A stretch of DNA of 63,046 nucleotides, filler included, from Stramenopiles sp. TOSAG23-2 (GCA_900128395.1; 8 parts of 8 records of this genome joined end to end with filler, not necessarily neighbours in it); one strand, 5' to 3'. Shown: positions 48,611-59,758, counted from the whole stretch's first letter. The notes: generated by a model not told the origin, from the letters alone. A program made the numbers and translations.

Positions 48611-49434
48611 TAGCTGGCTAGCTAGCTATAACCAGGGCACCAGGCTAATGCGCATAAACGGACAAAAGTCGACTTAATTAAAAGAATCGACTGAATTCAG
48701 AATAAGAGCTATTCGTTTTTGATGTGATATCATTTCAATTATAGCACTGTATACCAGGTATTATAAACTGTAAATAATTAGCATAAGAAATTGGAAATCC
48801 TTAAAAACAATTTAATTTTTTGATATCATCGTATCTTGATTGTATTTCTAAATTCTGTTTAACCAATACATGTTCCCTTTCTCTTTGCATCCATTCCGGT
48901 AATGAAATTTGTGGTAAATCATCGCAGTATACCAATGGCACACGTGGTTTTTGTTTTTTTCTTCGTATCATATTTAATATATGGTCAAGTAATTATTATA
49001 AGTATTTATTACTTTTTTATTTTATAAACTCTGCCAATGTTTATAATGCTGATTAAAAGCTTTGGATATTGAAAGATAAATAATATAAAAATATTAGTTT
49101 TCAATAATATATACTAGGTTCTATAAATATATCTATTAGTAATACTATTAATGCATCAAATGAATATAATTATTTGTTTCAAGAAATGTTTCTATAATCG
49201 TATATTTCCGGATATGCACTTGTCAAATATACCAGGTACTTCAACGAATAGGTGGGAGAAAAATGTGAACGAGCAGGCAATACCTTAAATTCTGAAATTT
49301 GGTTATTATTTTTTTATTTTATCAAAAAGTAGTAAAAAATACTCTTTCAAAAAATAAGCTTAAAATATATACCGCACACAAAACAATATTGATATTCAAG
49401 ACCGTATCTCCTCTTTCTCTATTATTTTTTAAAA

Positions 49435-51963
49435 TTACTCCTCTTTTATTGATGAGGGTGGAGGTGGCACAGGCTGGAGAATTAACAAAACAATTTCTCT
49501 AGGAGTTAAACTTAAATGAATCTTTACTTGATTCAGAGGGTAGATCCCAAGCAATCGTTTCTTTCCTTGCCCATTATAAGCTGGAACCCATGTTACTTGG
49601 CATCGATTCTTAGATGGCTGAGGTTTAATTCCATACATCTCCAAATCTAATACAATATCAATTTCAGCAGGAACATCCCTCATAACTGTTGTGATCGTAA
49701 CAAGAACGGAATCACCATCCATACTCCTCCATGCGCTAGACATGACTGCTGGGAATATTAATCCCGTCACATCATTTTTGCTTCCTCCTTCATGGGAACC
49801 ATGCCCTCGAGGGTGGTTAGGGAGCCGTGTCACTGTGACGTGATCATTTGTACCGTTTATTTTCAATTTCAAGTCACGTAATGCAGATCCATGATTAAAA
49901 TAATCAGCTGCAACACTTTTCGCGGAGGAGAGTCGCTGTAAATACAAAATTTCTGCATTGTATTCCGTGTCCATTAATAAGTCAAAAATATGGTTTTGAG
50001 GGTGGTTGGATCGCCCACCTAAAGAAAACCATCCCAATTGTGCCCCAAACATAAGTTGATTAGCAACCTTTGCTGCAAATACATTTGGATCTGGTAAGAA
50101 ATCACTACGATAAAACATGGCGCCTACAAAAAATACGTAACCTCCGTAAACTGACTGAAAAGCAGGGACAATCATCTTCCCACTACCAGCTTTCCTAGGA
50201 ACGTACGGTAGATCGCCACCAGCAAATCCTACCAAGGTGAGAAACATATTAATCCCCGCTAAAAATGGCTCCGCATTGCTCTCTGTCAAAATTATTTTAT
50301 TTGGCCCAGCTTTTGCTCGTACTGCATCCAGCATCTGTTTGTAACCATCAACCCAATGATGCCCTCCCCCAACCGGGTGTCCATGGGATTTATCCCAACA
50401 TGGTCTTGGACCAGCAGCAGCAATTTGATCGATATACACCCCATCTGTCTTGTAATTATTGACGATCCTGTCCACAACATCTGCAATAGTATTTTGCCAA
50501 TATTTTGTGTGCGGGCACATGACTGCAAACACTGCTTTTGATCCATATGACTCATTGTATAACAGCAAAGATTTGCTACTGCTGTTTAAGATTGCAGGTG
50601 TTGATTTTGCCGCTGCATGTTTTGCCTCTCCACCTTTTGCTACCCAACTCTTTGTATCTTGGTCAAAAATCCTACCATTAATATAAGGAGCCACACGAAC
50701 TCCTAAAGCTTGAATGTCTTTTAATTTCTCTTGAAATTTTGAACGAACTGGAAAATATTCTGGATAATGTGTATCAAACCCGCATGTAATTTCACTGCTG
50801 CAATTAGAATAATTTGAACCTTTTACATACCCAAGTGTATCCCATTCGTACCAATGCAATCCCAATTGGTTTTTTCCCAATCCGAATCGCTCTGAAATTG
50901 CTTTTACCCGATTATAGACTACTTCTGGATCTCCCCCCGTTATGTTAAAGATATCGTTATCTTGCCAATGTGTGTTGATCCAAGTCGTCATGTCAAATGC
51001 CCAGCTTGGAATTTGATCCATTCGTTCTGCCATGCTGCCTTGCTTTGTCCAGTCAGCAGATTTTAATGCCCACCTTCGATAAATTTGAGCAGCGTCCCAC
51101 CAATCGTTTTCAAATACAGATATGACAATAGGCCAGTTCGGCTCGTAATTAATACCACCTTCCCCAGCGTTTGGAACGATAGCTTGTATTTCAAAATTTG
51201 CATGTGTACCCGTGCTAGATACTTGGCAGCCAAATCCTTTTGAAGAAGCTTTGGGATCATGTGCCGCAACATACACACCAAATACATCATCATCACCACT
51301 CCCGATGTAGCTTTTCGAGACCACTGGACCATACGTTGCAAGATATTGCATTGTTGCTTGTGGGTACATACCACTAAAGGATTGAGGTGGCCGGTGAATA
51401 ACTCCAAATCCAACATTTTCAAACAAGGTAGACTTTCCATCAGCATTAAGAATTATACATCCAAAATTTATTTTCCAGTCCCAGACTCCAATGTTAGATA
51501 ATGGTTCGACGAATATAGTTGGGACCAACTCTAATTGTCCTTGCTCCACTATGTTAAACAAAAGCTGCACGTTTATATATTCTTTGCTGCTACTATCATC
51601 TACAACTGGGACTTCAAAGTGAAGTTTCAGGTTTGTGTCATTTTTATAAGTGACTGTTTGAATTATATCTTTATCACTAGATGTCAAATTATATAGATAT
51701 TTAGAGAAGTTTGTTACAACAGAAATCTGCCAAAGTGGTGGTTGTGTTTTACAATCTGCTTCAATGAGAGATGGAGAATAAATGCCAGGACTAATAACCT
51801 TTTTTAGTGCTACGATGGAACCAAATGTGTTTGTGTTTGTATCGATATTAATAGATACAGAAATATCTTCATCACTTCCTACCCATATTGATGATTGGGA
51901 AGAACATTTCACGACCCAACAAAAAGTGGCAAGCAATGCCAACACGCCGTGAACATATAACAT
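49435..51963 (-). CDS. Secreted glycoside-hydrolase-like protein (DUF6259-like)
   Basis: Signal peptide; TIM-barrel GH-like motifs LHWYEW, FDTHYPEYFP, APYINGRIFD, AVMCP, DGVYIDQIAAA, C..HGHPVGGG, TESNAE. Confidence 0.72.
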   Translation of the reverse strand: MLYVHGVLALLATFCWVVKCSSQSSIWVGSDEDISVSINIDTNTNTFGSIVALKKVISPGIYSPSLIEADCKTQPPLWQISVVTNFSKYLYNLTSSDKDIIQTVTYKNDTNLKLHFEVPVVDDSSSKEYINVQLLFNIVEQGQLELVPTIFVEPLSNIGVWDWKINFGCIILNADGKSTLFENVGFGVIHRPPQSFSGMYPQATMQYLATYGPVVSKSYIGSGDDDVFGVYVAAHDPKASSKGFGCQVSSTGTHANFEIQAIVPNAGEGGINYEPNWPIVISVFENDWWDAAQIYRRWALKSADWTKQGSMAERMDQIPSWAFDMTTWINTHWQDNDIFNITGGDPEVVYNRVKAISERFGLGKNQLGLHWYEWDTLGYVKGSNYSNCSSEITCGFDTHYPEYFPVRSKFQEKLKDIQALGVRVAPYINGRIFDQDTKSWVAKGGEAKHAAAKSTPAILNSSSKSLLLYNESYGSKAVFAVMCPHTKYWQNTIADVVDRIVNNYKTDGVYIDQIAAAGPRPCWDKSHGHPVGGGHHWVDGYKQMLDAVRAKAGPNKIILTESNAEPFLAGINMFLTLVGFAGGDLPYVPRKAGSGKMIVPAFQSVYGGYVFFVGAMFYRSDFLPDPNVFAAKVANQLMFGAQLGWFSLGGRSNHPQNHIFDLLMDTEYNAEILYLQRLSSAKSVAADYFNHGSALRDLKLKINGTNDHVTVTRLPNHPRGHGSHEGGSKNDVTGLIFPAVMSSAWRSMDGDSVLVTITTVMRDVPAEIDIVLDLEMYGIKPQPSKNRCQVTWVPAYNGQGKKRLLGIYPLNQVKIHLSLTPREIVLLILQPVPPPPSSIKEE

Positions 51964-52562
51964 CGTCTAGCTGTTAAAAGTTGTCCTTCTTTTATATATA
52001 TGTATATTTGATACTAAATTTACTTTTACAATTATTATTTTCTACAATAATACCAATATCCGGATACGAGAACTTTTAAAATATCTTTTCAAATAATATA
52101 CAGTACAGGTACATGAGTATAAGTATTATACATATAATTTCAATAGTCACAGTTCTAGTTAGCCGCCAATATTAGTGTAGTAAATTTTCATTCATTCTCT
52201 TCAAGTTTTTCTATATTTTATAGAATATAGAGCGTTAATTTAAGGTATTAATAGTCTATTTTAGTTCCTCCATCAAAACTTAAACTCTTTTCACGAATTT
52301 AAAATTTTTAAAATAAATTCGTTGAAAACAAAATGCACAAAAATGGGATCTTTTTTCAGCTACATTTCACGCCTCACATATTATCATGATGGTATACTGT
52401 GTGATGTGTACCCTGTAACAAAAAGATCGTATTTGTGTTGTTTATATATATTTATATTGGCACCTGTACATATACATACAACATATATAATACATGGGAA
52501 TTGCCACAACTTACAGTATATATACAAGAACATAACAATTAATTATACAAATAACAACACAG

Positions 52563-52809
52563 ACGCAAAAAAAGCAGTTTCAAAGGTATTCATAATACTG
52601 TTAAAAATGATCCATTTGCAATGATGAAAGCTACTAAATTAGCATCGCACCATGGTATATGGCAAGAAGCAAAATCAATGAGACCTGGTGATATGTCCTT
52701 CGTTCTTGACAATCGTGTTAAACCAAAAGTGTTACCTAGTGCAAAATACACACCATTTCCACAATCGTATCCAAGCAATTCAACATTCGGCGTTTCATAC
52801 ATGGTGTAA
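52563..52809 (+). CDS. Possible small ORF or terminal exon of an unknown gene
   Basis: The 62-aa ORF 52621-52809 has coding-like composition. Its frame stays open upstream to a CACAG acceptor-like site at about 52562. No homology recognised. Confidence 0.3.
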
Positions 52810-53273
52810 AGCGGGGTGATATGGTGAAAAGGCGATGAATACCATGTGTGTGTGTGTGTGTGTGTGTGTTGGCACATATCATACTTGAGATACACATTTT
52901 ATGATGTATCATACACTCGTATGATATAGTATGTGTGGCGCAGCAATGAAAGCTCGTCTATTTTATATATAAAAAAGAAAAAGAGTGTATATTACGTAAA
53001 ATAATACGTGTACGTGAATATGATGTATGAAGAAGGATATTCGCAAAAAAAAAATATAATTTATATATGACAGCCGAAAAGATCAAAGGTGCCGATTTTA
53101 CACATAGGATAAAATTTGTACTCTTAGTATATTAATCATATTTAAAAATTACTTTTTTGTGCACAAAAATGCANNNNNNNNNNNNNNNNNNNNNNNNNNN
53201 NNNNNNNNNNNNNNNNNTTAATTAATTAANNNNNNNNNNNNNNNNNNNNNNNNNNNNNNNNNNNNNNNNNNNN

Positions 53274-54820
53274 GTGTACAAACAATAATAATGTTATTGA
53301 CGTCGGGAAGTATTTATTATTACATGGTGGTAAAGAAATCGATTTTAATCAAGGCAAAGCAGATTGGCCGAATGCAAAATTACTAATTAAAAAATATAAA
53401 AAAGAATTTCCAGACGGTATGCCATTAGTATGTGCATGTGAAAAAGGACGTTTTGAGGATGTGAAATTATTGATTACAGGTTATAATGATGTCTGTATAT
53501 TTCACTCAAAATATTTATAACATTTTTGTGTGTAGCCGTGTAGCCCTCCCTTCTCTCTTCTAGATCTTCTCGTTTTTTTCTCTCTGTCTTTTTCTATGAT
53601 CTTTCTACTGGATGTGAAAGTATTGATGATTACAGGCTATAATGATGTGAATGGTAGTAATGGTAATAATAATAATAATATGGCATTGAAAGAATACGTG
53701 AATCAAGTCGGTAAAGATAGTGATGGTGATGAATTTACACCTTTAATGATAGCTGCATACGGCGAACATTTCCAAATAGTTAAATATTTAATTGAGATCA
53801 TTTATCCACATGCATCTAAAGTAGAAAAGAAATATTATGTAGAATTTCCAAAAGGTACGCCAATAGTATGTGCATGTGAAAAAGGACGTTTTGAGGATGT
53901 GAAATTATTGATTACAGGCATTTTTGTGTGTAGCCGTGTAGCCCTCCCTTCTCTCTTCTAGATCTTCTCGTTTTTTTCTCTCTGTCTTTTTCTATGATCT
54001 TTCTACTGGATGTGAAAGTATTGATTACAGGGCGTAATAATGATGTGAATGGTAGTAATGGTAATAATAATAATATGACATTGAAAGAATACGTGAATCA
54101 AGAAGGTAAAACTAGTGGTGGTAGTTCTGGATGGACACCTTTAATGATAGCTGCAAGATATGAACATCAAGCAATTGTTGACTACTTGGTAGATAATGCA
54201 TACACTGATGAAACTGAGATATTTAGGAAATATAAAAAAGAATTTCCAGACGGTACGCCATTAGTAGTTGCATGTGAAAAAGGACGTTTTGAGGATGTGA
54301 AAGTATTGATTACAGGGCGTAATAATGATGTGAATGGTAGTAATGGTAATAATAATAATAATATGACATTGAAAGAATACGTGAATCAAGTCGGTAAAAC
54401 TAGTGATGGTGATGATCGTACACCTTTAATGGCAGCTGCAAGATACGAACATTTCCAAGTAGTTAAATATTTAATTGAACAAGGTGAAGCTGATCCTAAT
54501 ATTGCAAATAGTGATGGATTGAATGCATTACATTATGCAGCACGTAATAACAGAACGAGTACTGAGTTGATTGAGTTGTTATTAACTCATATGTCTCTTG
54601 ATAGTATTAATAAGAAGGACGACGAGGAAGAGACTCCCCTGGACGTGGCATGTGAATGGTAGTAATGGTAATAATAATAATAATATGACATTGAAAGAAT
54701 ACGTGAATCAAAGAGGTAAAAGTAGTGGTGGTAGTGGATGGACACCTTTAATGGCAGCTGCATACTACGAACATTTCCAAATAGTTAAATATTTGATTGA
54801 ACAAGGTGAAGCTGATCCTA
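53274..54820 (+). CDS. Ankyrin-repeat protein module array, fragmented (frameshifted, partial)
   Basis: Four copies of MxLKEYVNQxGKxSxGxxxTPLMxAAxxEH and three of EFPxGxPxVxACEKGRFEDVK, in different frames and interrupted by a duplicated non-coding insert. Confidence 0.75.
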
Positions 54821-54920
54821 NNNNNNNNNNNNNNNNNNNNNNNNNNNNNNNNNNNNNNNNNNNNTTAATTAATTAANNNNNNNNNNNNNNNNNNNNNNNN
54901 NNNNNNNNNNNNNNNNNNNN

Positions 54921-56467
54921 TAGATTCAACCATTTTACAGGAGATTTTTTATTTTTTTTAATTCCCGGAAGTAATTTATGAAGATGGTGATAAAGAAGAT
55001 TTAAACAGAAAAGAGTTATTGAAATATTTACAACCAGACATTAATCAGCACTTTGGTGAGTTTTATAAGGTAACGTTTCCAGCAAACGAAGCGTTAGGTG
55101 TTGTGATGGCACCAAAGCCAAATGAAGAAAAGGGACAAAATGGCGTAAACAACAAAGAAACGACTAGTGATGGTATTCAAAGATCTATCGTAGTTAAAAC
55201 AAAATCATTATGCATTGGTCGTGGGTTACTGACAAAGTTTGATGAAGTATCAATTGTTGCTATGAAGCCTGAAACTCGCAATAAATCGTTTAAAGAAATT
55301 GTTGGGTTATTGCGTGCAAGATCACAAGATGAGCCTTTAACTGTCATTTTTAAGCGCCATAAAGAAAATATATTGCTACGCAAAGCTGTATATAAAACAT
55401 GTTTTGCGTTATTTAAAGAAGTTTGTTTATTATGGAATAAAATACCAGCATCTTCTGCCAACAATATTCGCGTGCACGTACAAAAGATTCTTCATGAAGA
55501 AAATACTGCTGCTAAAAACGGTGATCAGGATATAAATAATAATAATAATAATAATAGCAATAATATTGAGGATAAAGAATTTGGTGATCGTTTCTTTGAA
55601 GCAATCCAAGCTAATGATCTAAAAGCTTTATTCTTTTACCTTGCGCCGACAACTAAAACCGATAGAAGTGATATTGAAAAGACAGTAAATCGTTTTTCAA
55701 GATTAAAGAAACACTTGAACAAGATTATGACAAATTTAAACATACAAAGTAATGGTGTTAATAGTAATCATCATGAGAAATCCATCAACAACAATGGGAA
55801 TGTTAATATTAACAACATCAATAACAATAGTAGTAATAATAATACCAGCGCTACAACAACAGCAGCAGATACAGCAAGAAACAAAAATGGGCCGATTTCT
55901 ATTGCTGCAGCTGCAGTGACTACGGCGACAAGAACAAACAGCAATCGTCAATCTGGTAAAACAACATTTCAAGCAAATACCGTCGATGATACGAAACGGA
56001 AATTTTTACAGATTAGAAGAGATAACATCCAAACTCCATCGACTCAAATGCATGAAAATAATATGGAACCAGCGCATACTCAATATTTATGTGTTGGAAA
56101 TATACCGGTATGCATGCCGCAAGTTGGATTATATGTATGGGCCTTTATGAAAGATCAAAATCACATACGTAATCTCGGTTTGCCAACGAATACTCCCCAT
56201 GTTACGATTGGTTATTACCGTGCTTTGATTATTGGCATTCAACAGAATGGAAGTGCTATACGCTTGCATTGGATAAGTTTAGGTCAAAATAAGCGTGATG
56301 AAAATTGGTATGATGCTAAGACATTGCGATTGTGGAGACCAGCACCAAGTCCAATTGCTTTGTATACGTTTTTACGTACTGAAGGGAGACATATGATTCA
56401 ATTATCAGCCGGGGAAAAGCGTCAAATGATAGGTCATTTCAATTCAATGCGTGGCGCTCTCCAACAA
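54921..56467 (+). CDS. Hypothetical protein fragment, possible degenerate PDZ-like domain
   Basis: Long open frame truncated by contig ends. YKVTFPANEALGVVM...SFKEIVGLLR..PLTVIFKR resembles PDZ start and end; poly-Asn linkers. Confidence 0.6.
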
Positions 56468-56568
56468 NNNNNNNNNNNNNNNNNNNNNNNNNNNNNNNNN
56501 NNNNNNNNNNNTTAATTAATTAANNNNNNNNNNNNNNNNNNNNNNNNNNNNNNNNNNNNNNNNNNNNT

Positions 56569-58113
56569 GAGGGTGGCAAACCGTTATTAACTAATGAAAA
56601 TGATAATAAAATAACTGTAAAAGAAGAGGAAAAAGCTTTTCTACTGTTTCGTCGATTAGGCACAGTAGCTGCTGATGATGTCGGTATCACGCATAAAAAG
56701 GCATCAAAATTATTACGTAAATTTAAAGAAATCGAAAAGAAAAGGTTACGATCAAAAGCTCGTCAAAGTAGAGGTGTTGATGAAGATATAAGTTGGTATG
56801 GTAATAATGATAAAAGAATATTTGAGGATAATTATACTAACAATGATATTCACAGCAATTTTGAAAATGGTATTGGTGCCGATGATAGGAAGAAAAGGAT
56901 CGCTACAAATGCACGAAATGGTAGAAAGAAACGGAATAGTTTGTTGAGCAAACGCCGCAAATCAAATTTAATGAAGAATGGTAATAATAATAGTAATAGT
57001 AGTAGTAGTAGTGGAAATAATGTTAGTTTTAATGATACATTTGATGTGATGGATATTGAACCGAAACGAAATAATGAAAAGAATAAACATGAAAACAATG
57101 GTTCTAAAAAGTTAGACAGCGTAGCAACAACAATCACTACACAACCAGTAGCAAATGTTCCACCAAAAGAAAGCAAAGATACAAAGATGAAAACATCTAT
57201 TGTTGTACCAAAACCAATTGGTGTAAAAATTATGACTCCATTAGATACAATGATGGACAAAGCAATATTTAGAAGTTTCCGTGAAGGACCTCGTTTTTGT
57301 AATTTAATTATGGATGCATTAAATCAAGGTTGTAATGCAAATTTTGTTCGATATCAAGCAGACAAGACTACCGCATTAATGGCAGCTTGCTTGCATGGTC
57401 GTGGTGATATCGTGATTCGATTGATCGAATCCGGTAGTGATATGAAATTACTTGATAATGAAGATCGCAGTGCAGTTGATTTTGCAAAGATTGGCAAACA
57501 TTTTGATATTGTTACCGAATTAATGCAATTAGGAGGTCTTACCGGAGCAGAAATTGTTCGACAACGAAAGGAAGCCGAAGAGAAAAGTCAATATGTATAT
57601 GATTATTATTACCTAAAAGGTGTTGCAGCTGATGATGTGAATAACAATAGTGGTAATAAAGACATGAATAACAGCAATGGTATGGATGTAGGATCTTCGA
57701 ATACGACAATAAACAGCAACCAGGACAATAATATCACATCATCAACATTTTCTAATTCTGCAATTTTAGATATAACAACCAAATATCAAAGTAAATTTTT
57801 AAGAGCTGCAGATAGTAATAGCTATGTGAGTTATGAAAATGCGGAACATTTGTTTTCTGATGCAACGAATCCAAAAGATCAATACTTTGGTTTGGAGGAA
57901 TTTCAATATGAAAATGATGCACATGATTTAAGCGAATTAGAAGATTCAGACGATAGCAATGCTGAGAATTATTTTGAGAATGATTATGCTGACAGCGATC
58001 CTGGTATTTTGTTCACATCGGAAGAGGAAGATGATAGAGAAAATCAATATCATGATGATTATGATGACGAACGATGTATTATTATGGATGATGGTGATGA
58101 TTATTATTATTGA
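56569..58113 (+). CDS. IWR1/SLC7A6OS-like RNA polymerase II nuclear import factor with ankyrin repeats (5' partial)
   Basis: Frame is open from the contig edge (LLFRRLGTV). Ankyrin TTALMAACLHGR..SAVDFAKIGKH; IWR1-type motifs YVYDYYYL and EDSDDSNAENYFENDY. Confidence 0.7.
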   Translation, partial: EGGKPLLTNENDNKITVKEEEKAFLLFRRLGTVAADDVGITHKKASKLLRKFKEIEKKRLRSKARQSRGVDEDISWYGNNDKRIFEDNYTNNDIHSNFENGIGADDRKKRIATNARNGRKKRNSLLSKRRKSNLMKNGNNNSNSSSSSGNNVSFNDTFDVMDIEPKRNNEKNKHENNGSKKLDSVATTITTQPVANVPPKESKDTKMKTSIVVPKPIGVKIMTPLDTMMDKAIFRSFREGPRFCNLIMDALNQGCNANFVRYQADKTTALMAACLHGRGDIVIRLIESGSDMKLLDNEDRSAVDFAKIGKHFDIVTELMQLGGLTGAEIVRQRKEAEEKSQYVYDYYYLKGVAADDVNNNSGNKDMNNSNGMDVGSSNTTINSNQDNNITSSTFSNSAILDITTKYQSKFLRAADSNSYVSYENAEHLFSDATNPKDQYFGLEEFQYENDAHDLSELEDSDDSNAENYFENDYADSDPGILFTSEEEDDRENQYHDDYDDERCIIMDDGDDYYY

Positions 58114-58471
58114 NNNNNNNNNNNNNNNNNNNNNNNNNNNNNNNNNNNNNNNNNNNNTTAATTAATTAANNNNNNNNNNNNNNNNNNNNNNNNNNNNNNN
58201 NNNNNNNNNNNNNATTTTTGTACTCTTTTTCATTTTATTTATAAAAAAAATACGAAAAAATATATTCGTAAAATTTTAATAAAATACGAAGAGGTTCGTG
58301 TGCATTTATTTTTGAATTTTTCTTTTTTAATATTATTTTTTAATAATTTTAAATTAATATATGTCGGCATATAAATTTTTTAATAATAACCTCTCCTACC
58401 ATAGTTTACCAATTTCCTTTTTAATTTAACAAAATTATACACAAAAGATACAAAATATTCGTACACGCACC

Positions 58472-59758
58472 TCACTCTTTTTTAGGTGTATATCCAATGT
58501 GTTTTGTCCATACATCAATAGGTGATGATTGAATAGGTTGAAATCCAACTATTTTCTTTTCATGTAATTGTTTTATTTCCTTTTGACTAAAACCAAGACG
58601 TTTTAACACTACGACTGTTTGTTCCCCGGGCTCAGGAGCAGCTTTCTCTGGACCAACAATGTTCGTTTCTGTTGGCCCAATATGAAACGGAGTATTTACA
58701 GTTTTAAATGTACCAATATGAGGATGTGTGATTTCAGCAACTGCACCAGCTGCAAGTGTTTGCTTGTCATTTACGTATTCTGGCAAAGTAGCAACTGGAC
58801 CAATCGTTAAATTACAGTCTCTTAAACGATTTACCCAATAATCATATGGCTTTGATAAAAATATCTGTTCAACCTCCATTTCTGTTGGCCAATTAGCCTT
58901 ATCTTTCCATTCCAAATGATTTAATGCTTCACAAAATCTTGGCCAATATTGCTTTTCAATTAACGGGAATATTGGCATTAACAATAAGATATATCGATTA
59001 TCAGATGTACCATACATCCGATTTAATATAGCAACTGGATTTCTCAATTTCAGTTTTTGCTCGGGTGTCCTACGCGCTCTTCGAGGTGGCTGTTTTCCGT
59101 CAGCTAAAGCATTCGCCATATCCATAGCTAATATCCAAGACGCATTTCGTAACAATGAACTTTCAACTACTGTACCTTCACCGGTTTTATTTCTCAATTG
59201 TAATGCAGCTAAGATACCACTTAACAATGCTAATGATGTTGGCAAATCACCCATACCAGTACGATAAAATGTATCTGGTGCTGTACCATCCTCACCCATT
59301 ACAGATAACAGGCCAGCTTTCGCGTAAAATACAGTATAATCAAAACCTGTATTATTTCTTTCCTCTCCGCGACTACCATAGCCACTCATTGATGCATATA
59401 TCAATCGTGGATTTTTAGACATCATAGTTTGTGCATTGATATTATATTTTTCAAGTCTTTCTGGTATTAAATTAGTTAATAAAATATCAGCACGTTGTGC
59501 TAATTTATATAAAATTTCTTGTCCTTCAGGTTTATTGATTGCTACACATATTGAATTTTTTCCCCGGTTAGCTACTTGAAAACCATAATCAATTTGTTCA
59601 CCACGTTTGACTGGTTTGCCAGTTTCAATATGCATTGGTTGTGCAAGTGTATATCGCATGGAATCTCCTGTCTGTGCTTCCACTTTGATAACAGTGGCGC
59701 CACAATCTGCAAGTATTGCTCCAGCGGCGGGCCCGGCAGCCCAATTTGCAACTTCTAT
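58472..59758 (-). CDS. Class III CoA-transferase (CaiB/BaiF family), 5' partial
   Basis: Frame is open to the contig edge (IEVANWAAGPAAGAILADCGATVIKVE). NRGKNSI, NPRLIYASMSGYG, GFDYTV, catalytic-Asp region GMGDL, APEPGEQT. Confidence 0.92.
   Translation of the reverse strand: MEVANWAAGPAAGAILADCGATVIKVEAQTGDSMRYTLAQPMHIETGKPVKRGEQIDYGFQVANRGKNSICVAINKPEGQEILYKLAQRADILLTNLIPERLEKYNINAQTMMSKNPRLIYASMSGYGSRGEERNNTGFDYTVFYAKAGLLSVMGEDGTAPDTFYRTGMGDLPTSLALLSGILAALQLRNKTGEGTVVESSLLRNASWILAMDMANALADGKQPPRRARRTPEQKLKLRNPVAILNRMYGTSDNRYILLLMPIFPLIEKQYWPRFCEALNHLEWKDKANWPTEMEVEQIFLSKPYDYWVNRLRDCNLTIGPVATLPEYVNDKQTLAAGAVAEITHPHIGTFKTVNTPFHIGPTETNIVGPEKAAPEPGEQTVVVLKRLGFSQKEIKQLHEKKIVGFQPIQSSPIDVWTKHIGYTPKKE

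Noticed and set aside
53274-54820. Diversity-generating retroelement (TR/VR pair) explaining ankyrin variation
   Set aside because: Differences are not restricted to adenines of one template copy, and no reverse transcriptase is in the window.
58472-59758. DMSP lyase DddD
   Set aside because: DddD has two tandem CaiB domains; only one is visible and the 5' end is missing, so the call is unsupported.
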